Part shown: positions 12,601-25,300 of the stretch, piece after piece
Numbering within the stretch: position 1 is the stretch's first letter
How the letters are laid out: each line of letters starts with the position of its first letter
From: Tubiluchus corallicola
Taxonomy: Eukaryota > Animalia > Priapulida
Direction of reading: 5' to 3'
Assembly: GCA_030141605.1 (NCBI GenBank)
Contig: JAQGDQ010000177.1
Coordinates: 1 to 64,000 of the forward strand
DNA: 64,000 nt
The notes under the pieces: model-generated
Databases searched by the model: none
What the model saw: the letters and a program-made list of their open reading frames with translations, nothing else
Told to the model about the DNA's origin: nothing
Position numbers and translations under genes: made by a program

Positions 12601-15600
12601 TGCACAATAAAATTTGGTCTTTAATCAAAGATAAGAATTCTAATCTTTAACTGCACAATAAAATTTGTAAATGGTTCAGTACAAAAGCAGCAGTAATTCT
12701 TATATATTCTGCCTACAGGAGATATTGCTTAACTTTTAGAAAAGTTTTTTCTATCGACGCATCTATGCATTCTGTTTAGCAGTTGCTATTACTTTGAAGG
12801 ATAATTAAGTGCATTAAGGTAACACCTCTGCCATTCTGGTTAACATCTTTAGCCTTCACTGTCTTAATCCATAGAAAAAACAATTTACTGATATATTAAA
12901 TATAACAATAACATTTTAATTTATTTTTAATATTTATGTTAAACATTCTATAATCACACATAATGATGAACTATGAAGTGTACATCACGAAATACATGCA
13001 AGTAATAGTTTTAAGACAAAAACTACTAGTTACCACTAATGACCAAAAAAAGAAAAGGATCACGAAGGTAATCTGATAACTTGTACGAAAAATAAAGGCA
13101 AATCACAAACACACACATTGCATAAGTAACATTTAAAGAACAAACAGCCATCTAAAATAAGCAACAAACTACTGCAAGGCCACTAAATCAACTAAAATCA
13201 TCAGCATGCCTGGAAACTATAAGCTAAACTAAAATAATTATTATAATCTTAGTGTACAAACCCACAATTAATTCAACCACCTCAACACTCAGGGGCGTAT
13301 TAACCAATAGGCTACTTAGGCTATAGTCTAGGGCGTCAAAGTTTGAGGGGCGCCTAAAATTTTAAAATTTTTTTTATTCTCCTCAGAAAATGTGTATCCG
13401 TTCATATTCATGTAAAACAAGCACTGCATAACACATCATAGGTAGTTACCGAAATAAAATGTTATATAAGTGCCATATAACGAACAAGTACAAGCCTATT
13501 ACAAGGTACAACACAACAAACAGTTGCTCAGCCTGCTTGTATATAAGTGTAGTTCGTAATTAACAATGACAAAAATGATCAAATATGAGGTAATCACTGC
13601 TTGTAGTGAGAGCAGTTTTTCATGAACCCATGCAAAATGCAGCAAATGCTTACGGCCCTGAAGGAGTTAAAACTGTAATTCTATTCTTATTGGTATCTAG
13701 ACTGTTAAAGGTCACAAAAGCTTCGCATTCCGGTCTTGTTCTGTCGTTGTATGCAAAAACGATGATCATGGAATGGCTTTAGTTGGGTAGTTATTAGTCA
13801 TTAAGCAATCCAGGTCACTTGCAGTCTTTACACCATGCACATAAGGCAACAACACTAAAGGTCAGCAAAAAGAACCTGCTCAGAGTTCCGGCTTTGGCTG
13901 CCCTTTTCCCCCCTCTCCTCCAACTTGGCCTATACTGGCTAAATTGCTGCAAAATTAAGTTGCCACAACCAGTTTTTCTAATTTTCGCTTTGTTCTCTAA
14001 TACTAATCTGTCTGTGCAGGAATTTTAAATTTAAAGTTGCCCTTATATTTGCACAGTGAACAGAGTTTCTTTCTCTATGTGCCACTTGAAAAATGTCAGG
14101 TACTAAACAGAAATGTACAAAACACAAATCAATGTGTGCTACTACTAAAACACTTTACACACAGTTAACCTTGGGTATAAGGTACTCCTTATAAGGGAGC
14201 ACCAACACCGGTCCCGATTTTTCGTAATGTTTTTCCTATGTAAAAACCTTCGTATATAAGGTAGTCGCATATAAGGGACTTTCGGTTATAAGGGACGATA
14301 TCTTCAGGTTCCGCGTAATAGAAACCCAGGTAAATTACCTCGCAGATAAGGGACCCTATGATCAAAGCGAAATTGATCGATTTTTAAATTCAATTTTTTC
14401 CAAACTCGGCCTTCGAACGGCTTGGTTTCTGCGGTCACATACATCTCACATCACTGAAGGAGCTTCCCACATACCGTTTGCACTGAATGCATAGCAATAA
14501 TCCATAAAAATTTGGGTAAAAGTACAGAAAAGTACAGGTCTAGATACACCCTCGGTCTGACTCAACTTCGGCTATAAGGGACATCGGACATATGGGATGG
14601 TTTTCACCTGTCCCAAGGTGTCCCTTATATCCAAGGTTGACTGTAAATGTTCCTGAGTGCTGTGAAACAGAAGAGGAATTAGTTAACAGAAATACGTCAA
14701 ATACACATACATAAAAATGTAATAAAGAAATGCAAGAAATACTAGATAATGCAACACTATCTATCCAAGACAAAGTACAGAAGTTGTTACAACAAGACTG
14801 TGAAGATTACCATGAAATCCCTTATAAGGGAGCACCAACACCGGTCCCGATTTTTTGTAATGTTTTTCCTATGTAAAAACCTTCGTATATAAGGTAGTCG
14901 CATATAAGGGACTTTCGGTTATAAGGGACGATATCTTCAGGTTCCGCGTAATAGAAACCCAGGTAAATTACCTCGCAGATAAGGGACCCTATGATCAAAG
15001 CGAAATTGATCGATTTTTAAATTCAATTTTTTCCAAACTCGGCCTTCGAACGGCTTGGTTTCTGCGGTCACATACATCTCACATCACTGAAGGAGCTTCC
15101 CACATACCGTTTGCACTGAATGCATAGCAATAATCCATAAAAATTTGGGTAAAAGTACAGAAAAGTACAGGTCTAGATACACCCTCGGTCTGACTCAACT
15201 TCGGCTATAAGGGACATCGGACATATGGGATGGTTTTCACCTGTCCCAAGGAGTCCCTTATATCCAAGGTTGACTGTAAATGTTCCTGAGTGCTGTGAAA
15301 CAGAAGAGGAATTAGTTAACAGAAATACGTCAAATACACGTACATAAAAATGTAATAAAGAAATGCAAGAAATACTAAATAATGCAACACTATCTATTCA
15401 AAGACAAAGTACAGAAGTTGTTACAACAAGACTGTGAAGATTACCATGAAATTCATTTTTCTCCACTCAAGACCGATAGCTGCAAAAAACAAACAACTGA
15501 AAATGTCCTTTAATATGTTCAGGGGCCAAAAGCACTTTATTATGTTACATCATATAATATAATAGATCAAAAGTAGTTATATAGTACAGAACAATACGAT

Positions 15601-18600
15601 TCTAAGGCTGCCACGATTCAATATTTCATTTAATGCTCAAAAATTTAGTGCTATTCATGAGCAGACTAGCATTTGTTAATATTTCCGCAATATAGAAAAA
15701 TTTTTGAAAACAAGCTACAGGTACTGGTACTGTCAATACATTACCATCCTTTATTAAGCACATTATTATTTACCGATCAGTACTGATCAGACTGCAACCC
15801 TTCAGGACATAGGTTGCCTTGAACGTTGTTTTGTTTTAATAAGAACTCGCACGTTTAATTTTAGATATCCCAACAACAACGGCAATTTTCAGAATTTATA
15901 GAATGCGGAAATGCCTGATGCAGGTGAAAGTATAAGTTAAATAGACACGGAATAATTAACGACATTTAGTTAGAATAGTTGCTATTAGTGATAAAATTGT
16001 TCTCTTTTGTGTTGTATTTTAGACTGTTTTAAATTTAATTATTATTTTGTTTGTTCGGCCAAGTTCTTCAATCATGCTTTTGATTTTTGTTTGAACATTG
16101 TTTACATTAGTGCAACAAATACTTCTTCTTTTTATATTCATGTTTTTACTCTGAATTTCGTTTGATCTTTTTTCAAGTTTTGATTTTCTTTTTCTTTGTA
16201 TTTTGTATGCAATGACTAATTCTTTGTCATCATTTTCGTTTATTTTCAAAACAAACTGGAAATTCCTTATATAAAGTAAACTGTTCTAGAGACTATTATT
16301 CTAGAGACAGTCGAACTAATGACCGTATGGTCCCTTCACTGCCCCTTCACCATCAGATAATTTTATTTTTCAAATAAAATTGCAGAAAATAGTTAATATA
16401 GTACTGTGTTTCTTCCTTACCTACAACTTCCAGTGTATGTGTAGCACTAATTGAACCATGCGGATTTGAAACATTACATCTGTAAATACCACTGTGCTCC
16501 TCATTTACATTCTCCAGCGTCAAAATCCACCTGAAAAAACAACGCTTCCAGTTTTTACACTAGATCACAATTTTTGGTGATCTATAGCATCTACGAAGTA
16601 CAATGCTTCTCTAGGACTGGAATTTTTAGGTTCGTAACTACGTTCTAGATCTACAGTCAGTCCAGAAAGTTGCTACCATGACAAAACATAACAACCTTTT
16701 TCGGAACCGATGTCTGTATCTATTTTTCACAAAGTTTATACAGTTCAGCAAAATACAAATTGGCATCGCGCAAGTAGCGGCAAGGCCTAGCATTAATATT
16801 AAATAGTCATGAGAAGACCAGAAAGTAATTCATATCAAGCACAATCCTTAAAAAAAGCATGGATTGGCAAAAATGTCTAGGCTACTTTTAGACAAACATT
16901 CGCTCTCAGTGAGGTAAGTGGAATGTGCACAGTATGGCAGATGAAAAGAACTAGTAGTTTTTCTAATGTAACCATTCAGTTATTAATGAGGCTCGGGACT
17001 GCTTAACTATCACAGCACACAACGCGACCGCTTGGTTATTCCTCTTGCCCATAATTAGCCAACGAAAAAGCATATATATGCTCGTTATATAAAATTAAAT
17101 AAAAAAACAATAAAACAAATATGCATCGACTAAAAGTTTTTAACATTTCTTTGCTAAAGCATGTGCCTAAGTGACAGCAGCTGTATTTGTAATCAGTATG
17201 GAGTTCCAACAACTTTTCATATCTATTAAACATAATATTAATGTATGATTCACACTCACCCTCTTTTTTTAACGTAACGAGATTGTGTGTCAATTGTTTC
17301 ATTGTCCTTGAACCACACAATGTCCGGTGTTGGGTTACCACGAGCTCTGCATTTAAAGGTTACCGTTTGACCAACTGTTTTGACAAAATGAGACATGGAT
17401 CCGAATTTGGAAAACTCTGGTTTAGCTAAAAACGTAATTAAAGATAAGTTGGAGTACATGAAAGTAGATGGTGCATGTAAATATGAACGTTAAAATAATG
17501 GCACACATCTTGTTCACATTTTGATGCATGGTTTTATTAATATTATTGTCACTTTACATTTTATTTCCATGAACTGTTTGATTATAATTTGCATGTGATT
17601 TTATAACGCAAGTAATTTATTTTTTCCGCTGTATTATATGTTACTGCAACTTTTATTGATTATTGATACAATATGTTTTTTGCTATTTTAATGCATTGTT
17701 ATGATTACTATTATTATTATTTTTATTTTGTCATTTCGATTCGCTGTTTTCTTTAAATTAAATAAGTCTCACACAAAACTGCAACTAGTGTCACATAATT
17801 AACCATACTAATTAATGTTGCATAAATAGGGGTGACCTCTTGGTCTTAAGCCACCCTTTCTCAATTATCGCAGCAGTATTATTCACCTATAAATATTGTA
17901 TATTGTTATATAGTGTAAAAGAGACGAATAATATAAATTGAAATTGAAATTCAATTGTTAAAACATCAAAACTATAACACACATTAAACCAAGGAAGTAT
18001 GTTATGCAGATGTTACAAACAGAAGACAATAGTCAGCTTTGATATAATATCAGTAACACAATCTCCGCATAGACAGTTTAACTATCATTCATTATTATTA
18101 TTCATTTGTATCAACTTTGTTATGTAAAAGCAGTACGTATAATTATGTAAAAACACTATAGAACTAATTTCTGTTTTTAATCTTTACAGTTTTCAACTTG
18201 CAGTAATAATACAAAAGCGCTTTCATGATTTAGTTTTTACATGTCTATTTCCGTCAAGACTGATCCACTTCAGGCATGTCAGCATTATTAAATAACACAG
18301 CTGTCATTAACCTTATCAGATCTTCCAATCCCTTTCTCGTTTTGAAACAAAAGAAATTCCTAATGCATTTAAATAGCTAAACTTTTCTCTCTCCATCACA
18401 AAAATAATGAAGCACATACATTCAGATTATAACAAAATATAATAACAAACAACAGCAGTGCACTCAAATCATGCTCCCCCCCCCCCACACACACACACAC
18501 AGCTACTACATGTCTGTTGCATCAACACTCTTCATATAGGACTATTCACTTGCTTTACTGCAAATTAACTCAATAAAGATAAAAAGACTATGCACAATTA

Positions 18601-21600
18601 AAATATGTTTACCTGTAAATTCTGTAACACAGTTGCGATAAGTTAACATGTAAATTCTGTAACGCAATTAAGATATGTTTACCTGCATATTCTGTAACAC
18701 AGTTGTGACATGTTTACCTGTAAATTGTGTAAGACAATTAAGATATGTTTACCTGTAAATTCTGTAACACAATTAAGATTATTCGTAAATCCTGTTACAC
18801 AATTAAGATATGTTTACCTGTAAATTCTGTAACACAATTAAGATTACTTGTAAATTCTGTAACACAATTAAGATGTTTACCTGTAAATTCGGAAACTTTA
18901 GCAAGAGATTCCATCTTTGTGATTTTGTTAGGTTTTTCTCTAATTTCTTTTTCAGTTTTTCTATCCAAATAAAGCTTTTCTTTTGCTGAAAAAAAGTAAT
19001 ATATAATCACATGACAACTGATAGTATGAGATTTTTTTAAATATAAATATGATGAAACAGACAAAACATTCCACAGGCATTGTATGCTGCGATAAACTGC
19101 ACACTTTCTCAAATGCAAGTATGGGGAACTTTTCTTAAATGACATGAAAATCTTCCAAAAGTTGTATGGCCAAAAACAAGGGCTAATTCACATGCAGTCA
19201 CATACCTACAACCACGTTAATATCAATGCTTGCAGAACCAAAACCATTAACAGCTGTACACTTATAGACGCCAGCATCCTCTTGCGTTACGTTTCGTATC
19301 CAAAGACCTTGAGAACCAACTTGAAATCGATTTCCCAATAGTTCTGATGAAATGATAGATCCATTTTTTGACCACTCGGGCAAAAAAACAGCTCTTTTAA
19401 TCGGACAGGGCAGTTTTATATTTTCACCAACACTGACTTGCACAAACTCCATTGCTTGCAAATTAGTTATTTGTGGTGGTTCTGTAAAAGAAAAACGTGG
19501 AAATTTAACATGTTAAACTGTATGAAAGTGAAATTTTATTCATACTCAGAAATGAAATGATAAAAAATCAAGCAACAAATGCTATGCATTAAAGAGAACT
19601 ACTATAACTGTGAAATTTTAGTTATGGGTGTTTTTAGTTGCTACACATCTGGCAAACATTTCCCCATGTTGTTCTGGCTGATTACATAATATTACTACAT
19701 AAAGGCTGACCAATGATCAAAACAAACACTGGTAACTAACTGTAAGTAAATAGGTAAACAAGAGACACCTTACACATAACTGACACTGCTATAGCAATAA
19801 TTATAATTATATGTGTCTTTACATTGTTCTCAAAACAAAGGTTCAAAGAAGCAGATACTTTTGTTTCATAACACACTTTGCACAAATTGCAGTCACTTAC
19901 AAATACTGCACTGAATGCGCTCAAACAATTTAAAAAATTTAATTATTAATGACAGTTTTCTTTTGGTGCACAAGTTGCCATTCATTCATTTATCATTCAT
20001 AATATGTCATCGTATTGTATTGTCTGAAAAATAGAGTATCGTAACAGTAATGCTGGAAAAAAGTATCGCACCACTAAATTTGTATCAATTAACATCTCTA
20101 ATGCACCATTAACAAACGTTTAGTAACTTCCTACTGAAATGCTTGATGAATTGTTCTTTACTTCACTGATGCTGCAAGTGATCAGAGTCAGACATGCATG
20201 AGCAGCTATAACCAAAAATTTATTTTTTTTATTTTTTGATCTATGGAACAATAATGTAAATAAAGTCCATCTTCAATTGTTGGCATCCTTCTGTCTCGGA
20301 AGAAAATGGAGTGTGCGTCAAGAGAATCAGTTATTGATCACATTGATGGAGCTGCAGCATCGACTGTGACTGAGCAGTCTGATCCTTGAACCACTGGAAC
20401 GGCCACTCCAGGGCGCATGCCTGGGCAAGGTGTATAGAGATCCTGAGTTGATCAGACAACAGGAACCCCCTCTCTTCTTCCCTGGTGTAGTCCAAAGGAA
20501 AGCAGAGCGATATGTTTGGCACCAGATTGGCTGCAGTGAGCACGCTACATTCGGGGCTCCACTCCTGATTTGGAAGGTTTACACCTCTACACATGGCCAT
20601 TGGGTAATTTGATCTCCTCCACTCTCTAGCCGTTGGCTGCTTGTGCAGCTCCTCCGCCTAGTGTCGAGACACAGTGTGGGCATCCCGCAAGCCTACAGCA
20701 CCTCGTATTCCTAGGTGGTCACCCATCCAAGTACTAACCAGGCTCTATGTTACTTCAATTAACGTCAAACAAAATGTTAATCATTCTCAGTCAAACTCTG
20801 CTGTCTGTCCAATCGGAGTGTACATTTTTCACACGCCCATAGCACTGGTTCATTACCTGGGCTTTCGAGACAATCAGGGGCAGGAGCTGTAACTATGTAT
20901 TATCGGTATATGTTATATTCTTATGAAAAATGCTCAACTTTTCATTAGTTTGCTTGAGAGAAATCAGCCTGGTTTTAGATTTTATTACAGGTTGTCGATT
21001 GTCTGTATTGTAAATTGCAGGTGAATTAGTAAAAATATAGTCTAATTTCGTTTTGAGTTACTGATTTTGTTAATAATAAAATATGCAGTTTAGGTTAATG
21101 TACCATCTTGCAAGCTAGATAAAGACAAGTATTTGATTAATTTAAAAAAATACAAATTAACTTTAACGAGGTTAATTAGGCCAATCATATGACGCTGCTT
21201 TAATGATCACAAATGTAAATGACAATGAAATTTATAACATTATATTGAAGCCCGAGTTGGCAGGTTTAAACGATTTAAGGTTAACATCCATGTGGAAATT
21301 GCAGCCTGAGCACTTCTAAGTAGGTTTGCGCAGGTTATAGGAATGGCCAGTTAGCAATATTTGAAGCCCAGCGGCAAAGTTGAACTCATCTACGGGAATA
21401 CGTGTTAACTGTCAGGGTTATGTGGTAAGCGAGCACACTCACAGGAATCAACATTCAGACAAATTTTTTCAGAGACTTTTAGGCAAAAAGTTTTCTCTGC
21501 TGGTCAGTTTTTATAAACTTCAATAAGATCTTCACTGTCCATATTAATTCAAATGTGGTCAAAATTTCTGTTATATATCAATGTAAAATTTGTATCCTAA

Positions 21601-22332
21601 AATAGACAATTTATGATATACTTCTGGTTATAATCAAGGCTAAAAGATGCCAATGGGACTTATGAGTTATGTACGTTGGGCAGGATCGTCTACGGAATAG
21701 AACAACCAAATTTATCCATTTGTGTAGTCTAACAAACAGTTGAAAAAATGCAAAAAGTGGATAAAAGCTTGCGAACGACGATCAGTGAAATGTACGTGCT
21801 GTGTTCGTATGTTCAAAGGCAAAAAAGACTTTCGTAAACATATTTTGTTGTCTATTTGTCTTAAAGCTAGGCTTAACTGGCTTAGTTCTTTTATAATAAC
21901 GACTCGACTAGGCACTCTTTGCATTTTGTAGTTCTTTGAAGCTTTGTTGTTACATTCTGCTTAAATTGTGATGAAATTGTTTGGCTACTTAAAGTTTTAA
22001 TTTCTTGTTATCTGCTAAATTGCAAATTTTGTGAATGAAAAAGCGCAATCAGTTTGCATGTCCGCTGATTAGACATTAGTTGCCACGTTGTTCACTAAAG
22101 AGAGTTGTTATTCAGCGGTAGCTGATGTCCTGAATGGTACTCAGCGTGCTTACGTCACAGCAGAGGCGGAGCGATAGACCAATATGTTTCACGTCAATTG
22201 CAATCTCATTTGTATCACTACACTTGAATAACTAAAGTCGGCACTTGTTAACTTACCTGGTTTTTCACTGTTCAGCAGTGAAACCTGTGTCGAAAACACT
22301 AGAATAATACACAGAATTTTCGCTTCCGCCAT
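6635..22332 (-). CDS. FGFRL1: FGFR-like 1 / nou-darake-like receptor (signal peptide, 3 Ig domains, TM, short tail, no kinase), ~445 aa
   Basis: GT-AG exons with consistent phases: 22332-22257 (MAEAKILCIILVFSTQVSLLNSEKP, signal peptide), 19481-19206 (Ig1, DAGVYKCTAVNGFGS), 18985-18881 (linker), 17425-17260 and 16530-16421 (Ig2, FKCRARGNPTPDIVWFKD...GIYRCNVSNPHGSI), 12311-12196, 11772-11701 and 10254-10080 (Ig3, DAGKYICYGVNALGYSFKAAYL, like FGFRL1 [22 protein letters not shown]), 9291-9094 (TM VCWLTTSAVICIAFLTAVIC) and a tentative last exon 6678-6635 (VNSGEIAMIEISQV*). The linker and last exons are less certain. Confidence 0.82.
6780..7030 (+). mobile_element. Degraded LINE (L2/Crack-like) 3' fragment
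   Basis: Frameshifted peptides LETLAERC... and LLPPLP..HYNPRN...IRTE*YRKCFILYC resemble the C-terminus of L2-clade ORF2. Confidence 0.5.
8146..8742. repeat. Minisatellite, 27-28-bp unit GAGTAGTGAATACTGAAAAATGTACAA, about 21-22 copies
   Basis: Tandem array visible directly; it explains the three overlapping low-complexity minus-strand ORFs at 8104-8754. Confidence 0.95.
9383..9963. mobile_element. TTAA-targeting MITE (Kolobok-like), copy 1
   Basis: TTAA|AGCAAAACCGGA...TCCTGTCTTCCT|TTAA. Inverted homolog at 40782-41400. AG...CT termini with a TTAA TSD fit Kolobok. Confidence 0.75.
11386..11594 (-). mobile_element. 3'UTR fragment of the LINE at 33.4-35.0 kb
   Basis: CAAGTCAAACTCGACAATTTAAACCAAAGACACAACATCAAACC...ATATACATAAACACAAAT aligns by eye with 33661-33751. 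Confidence 0.55.
14162..14643 (+). mobile_element. pogo/Tigger-type MITE, long 482-bp form
   Basis: TIRs CAGTTAACCTTGGGTATAAGG...CCTTATATCCAAGGTTGACTG|TA. Both ends are homologous to 5952-6149. Confidence 0.85.
14187..15452 (+). repeat. ~633-bp near-identical tandem duplication (most of the MITE plus 3' flank)
   Basis: 14187-14818 is repeated at 14820-15452. The second copy lacks the left TIR and keeps the right TIR (ends 15276) plus ~175 bp of flank. Confidence 0.9.
18595..18890. repeat. Degenerate ~30-35-bp tandem repeat containing an exon end and 5' splice site
   Basis: Unit AATTAAGATATGTTTACCTGTAAATTCTGTAACAC, about 9 copies; on the minus strand it reads GAATTTACAG|GTAAAC. Confidence 0.85.
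20279..20752 (-). mobile_element. 5S rRNA-derived SINE (SINE3-like) with RTE-like 3' tail, 5'-truncated
   Basis: Minus strand 20746-20689 reads GAGCCTGGTTAGTACTTGGATGGGTGACCACCTAGGAATACGAGGTGCTGTAGGCTT (3' half of 5S rRNA). It ends ...CTCCATTTTCTTCCGAGACAGAAGGATGCCAAC. 8-bp TSD CTTCAATT at 20271-20278 and 20753-20760. Confidence 0.8.
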
Positions 22333-25300
22333 GATTTCTGCTGGTCCTCTTGTCTACATTCTCTAAAAAATAAAATTTTTAATCAATTACAAATTTATAC
22401 GCAAGCACGATATAGCCAGTATTCCAATTCAGTTAGAACTGCTACTAGGACATGGGTGTATTGCAAGGTTGGCAGTACAGTACGGTGTGAAAAAAATACC
22501 GTACTTCGATCCCTTAAAATATACAGTACAGTAATTCATTCTGTACCGTACCTACAAAATTGAATTGTAGCGTATTAGTATGCTAAAACATCATATCATG
22601 GAAAATTCCGTAGCAAATTTCATAGCAATTGCATGTAGGATCTACTAGAGAAAGAAAGGCATAAAAGTTAATTCTAAACACGAAAAGTTTATCAATCATT
22701 GTTATGAAATTATACATTCTATGAAAACAGAGCTGCTGTTTGAACTTTCTAACAGATCTTGAACGAGATATAAAATTATTTTGAGCTACTTTTTCTTAGT
22801 AGATAATTTTTTGGCAGACACGACGAGTTACTTTCACTAGTGACAAATTTTTAATGATGATTCAAATTTAGTGTCTTGCCGAACACATTTGTAAGTATAC
22901 CACACAGACTAAAAATACCAAAAAACAAGGCGTAGCAATGCATTCCTCTGCTAATCTCAGATTCCTATACATCTCTATACTAGTCATAAAAAATTAATGA
23001 TTCAGTATAGTTAGCCATAATTATCACCACCTAGATTGCTACAGCACAAAGTGATTTAACTATTAACTAAGTGATATATAAGAAAAACTTTAGACATCTT
23101 CATTCAGCTGCTCAAAGCAATTCAGCTTAAACAATTAATTGACAAGTAGAGGAGACATGTATATGGCATACCTACTGCATACTGGCTTTTATTACTGCAT
23201 TGTATTTAATTCGCCTTACTATTCAAGTAACAATAGCACCCCCCACTCACCCAAACAAGATTATAGTTACTTTTTTAGTTAGTAGATTATAAATGAAACT
23301 TGAATGACCATACACAGGGCTCTACTTCACGCTAACCATATCTGCTGTATAACTAACATGGAGTTACAACCATAAAACGATAAGATCATAAGAGAATTTT
23401 TCGGTAAATCACTGCTTAATTAACCTAATGAATGACAAGATGCAATTGATAAATTTCTATACGCACAATTAAGTTATGAGACAGACAAGATACAACGGAA
23501 ACTAGATTCTTAGTTCCTACAATGTCAAAATGTCAATTTTCAATTTTCACAAAAACATAAAATCCTAAACGCACATTTGTTCCATCAGCATCTGGTTGCA
23601 CAAACGGTAAGGCCGGGCCCTGGCGGGCCCGTTGCTAGGCACGTGACAGGTGCCATGCTAGCCGGGGTGCGGCGGGGGTCTCAAATTCCGTGATCTTCGG
23701 ATACATAGTGATTAGTAGTAACCATAGTTCAAGGCATGCATTTTTGAAGCAGCCATTGGATGCTGCGCGATGAGAGTTTGGGAACCCGATCCAGAAATTA
23801 TTGGCAAGACGGATTGTGGTTTCAATACGTCATCTCAGACTTATTGATGTATATATTTCATAGCATTATGAAGAAATTTCTAAAGGTAAGTGCTAAGACA
23901 CTGATAAATCGAGTAGGACACAGGTGACTTTCGTTTTATATCTCAAACTTTATTTTATGAATCAGTAGTGATACTGTACATTGCTCTCTCTCTCTCTGTC
24001 AAGTCACATCTTTGCAATGTGATCTGTAAGAACCAACTGCCCAGGTCAAATTTTCCATGTATAACTTTTCCATCTAGGGATTTCAATCTCGACATGCAAC
24101 TGCTCTTTTCTTGTCCTTTAAGGAATGTGTCTTCCAACAGAAATAGAAATGCCAGTGGCGGTTTCCTTACATTTGCGAGACAGGTGTTGCACAAATGATT
24201 ATTTCTGTTCACCTGGCGTTCATTGGTCTCTAAGATAGCGTCCGTGCACATTGTTACATCTGATTGCAGTTGCATTTAATTTGAAGTTCAGACTAGGTAC
24301 ACAATTCTAAATTACACACAGAGAAGGTATTTATAAAATCCGTGTTCAGTTTTAAAGTCTGCTAACACGATATGATCAGTTTTCATTAAATTTTTACATT
24401 TTTTGTGGAGTCTCCTATACATTTAATTTTGGAAACTCCAGCTCTAAACTTAAGGGAAGTTTTAGCCTTGAATGTATTGTCATGAAACGAGAAATGAATC
24501 CATATTATATAAAAATGTGCTACAATACTGATCATTGAGAAAAGGACTTAATATTTAAACAAAGGTGAGTTTTTTTTATTTGTGCCCTTCCCCAAAGAAA
24601 ATTCCAGTGGTCATTGCCACGAAGTTTATATAAAATATATAAACATATAATATATATTAAACCATTTTTTACTTTCGCAACGGTGGGCATGCTCCCTCGC
24701 TGGTAAGTACAATAAATAATTCTTCTGACTTAACATAAAATAAAATACTGGATGGACATATTTTTCGTTTCCACGAATAGGATTGTAACACTTAATACCA
24801 TTTCAACCATTAACCTTCACATAGAGTTGATTTGTAACATTCCAGTACTGAAAGTTTTTAGTTTCTCTAGATAAGTGGGAGTGTCTGAATGTGAATGGTG
24901 CTTGCTAACTGCGTCATTAGCAACCTGGAGTGTAACTAATGTTTCACAAAATAAACTTTTACTTTAGAGCGTGTGCTTGCGTCTCAAGCTTGCTTCAGTA
25001 GAGCAAGTGGTTAGGGATAACTAGCAACTGCCAAGCTTCTGCGTGTTTCTGCTGGTGGCAAACGCGCAGACACATTAGCTAATTAATGGCTATTTGGGCA
25101 TATAAAGAACACGCGTAATTCCTGCACTGTTTAATATGTCTTGTCTTGGTATCGTTATTATAACAAAATGATCGTCTGGACGTCTAATTAATACAGTAAT
25201 AGTATTGTAACATTTCTTTGGTTTCATGAATTACTATTGAATCATATTCATTATTTTAATAAAATTGCTTGATGTTTTGCTTCTTCCACTGTAATTTACT

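Noticed and set aside
20689-20750. Functional 5S rRNA gene
   Set aside because: Only the 3' half, diverged, with no oligo-T terminator; fused to a SINE body within a TSD.
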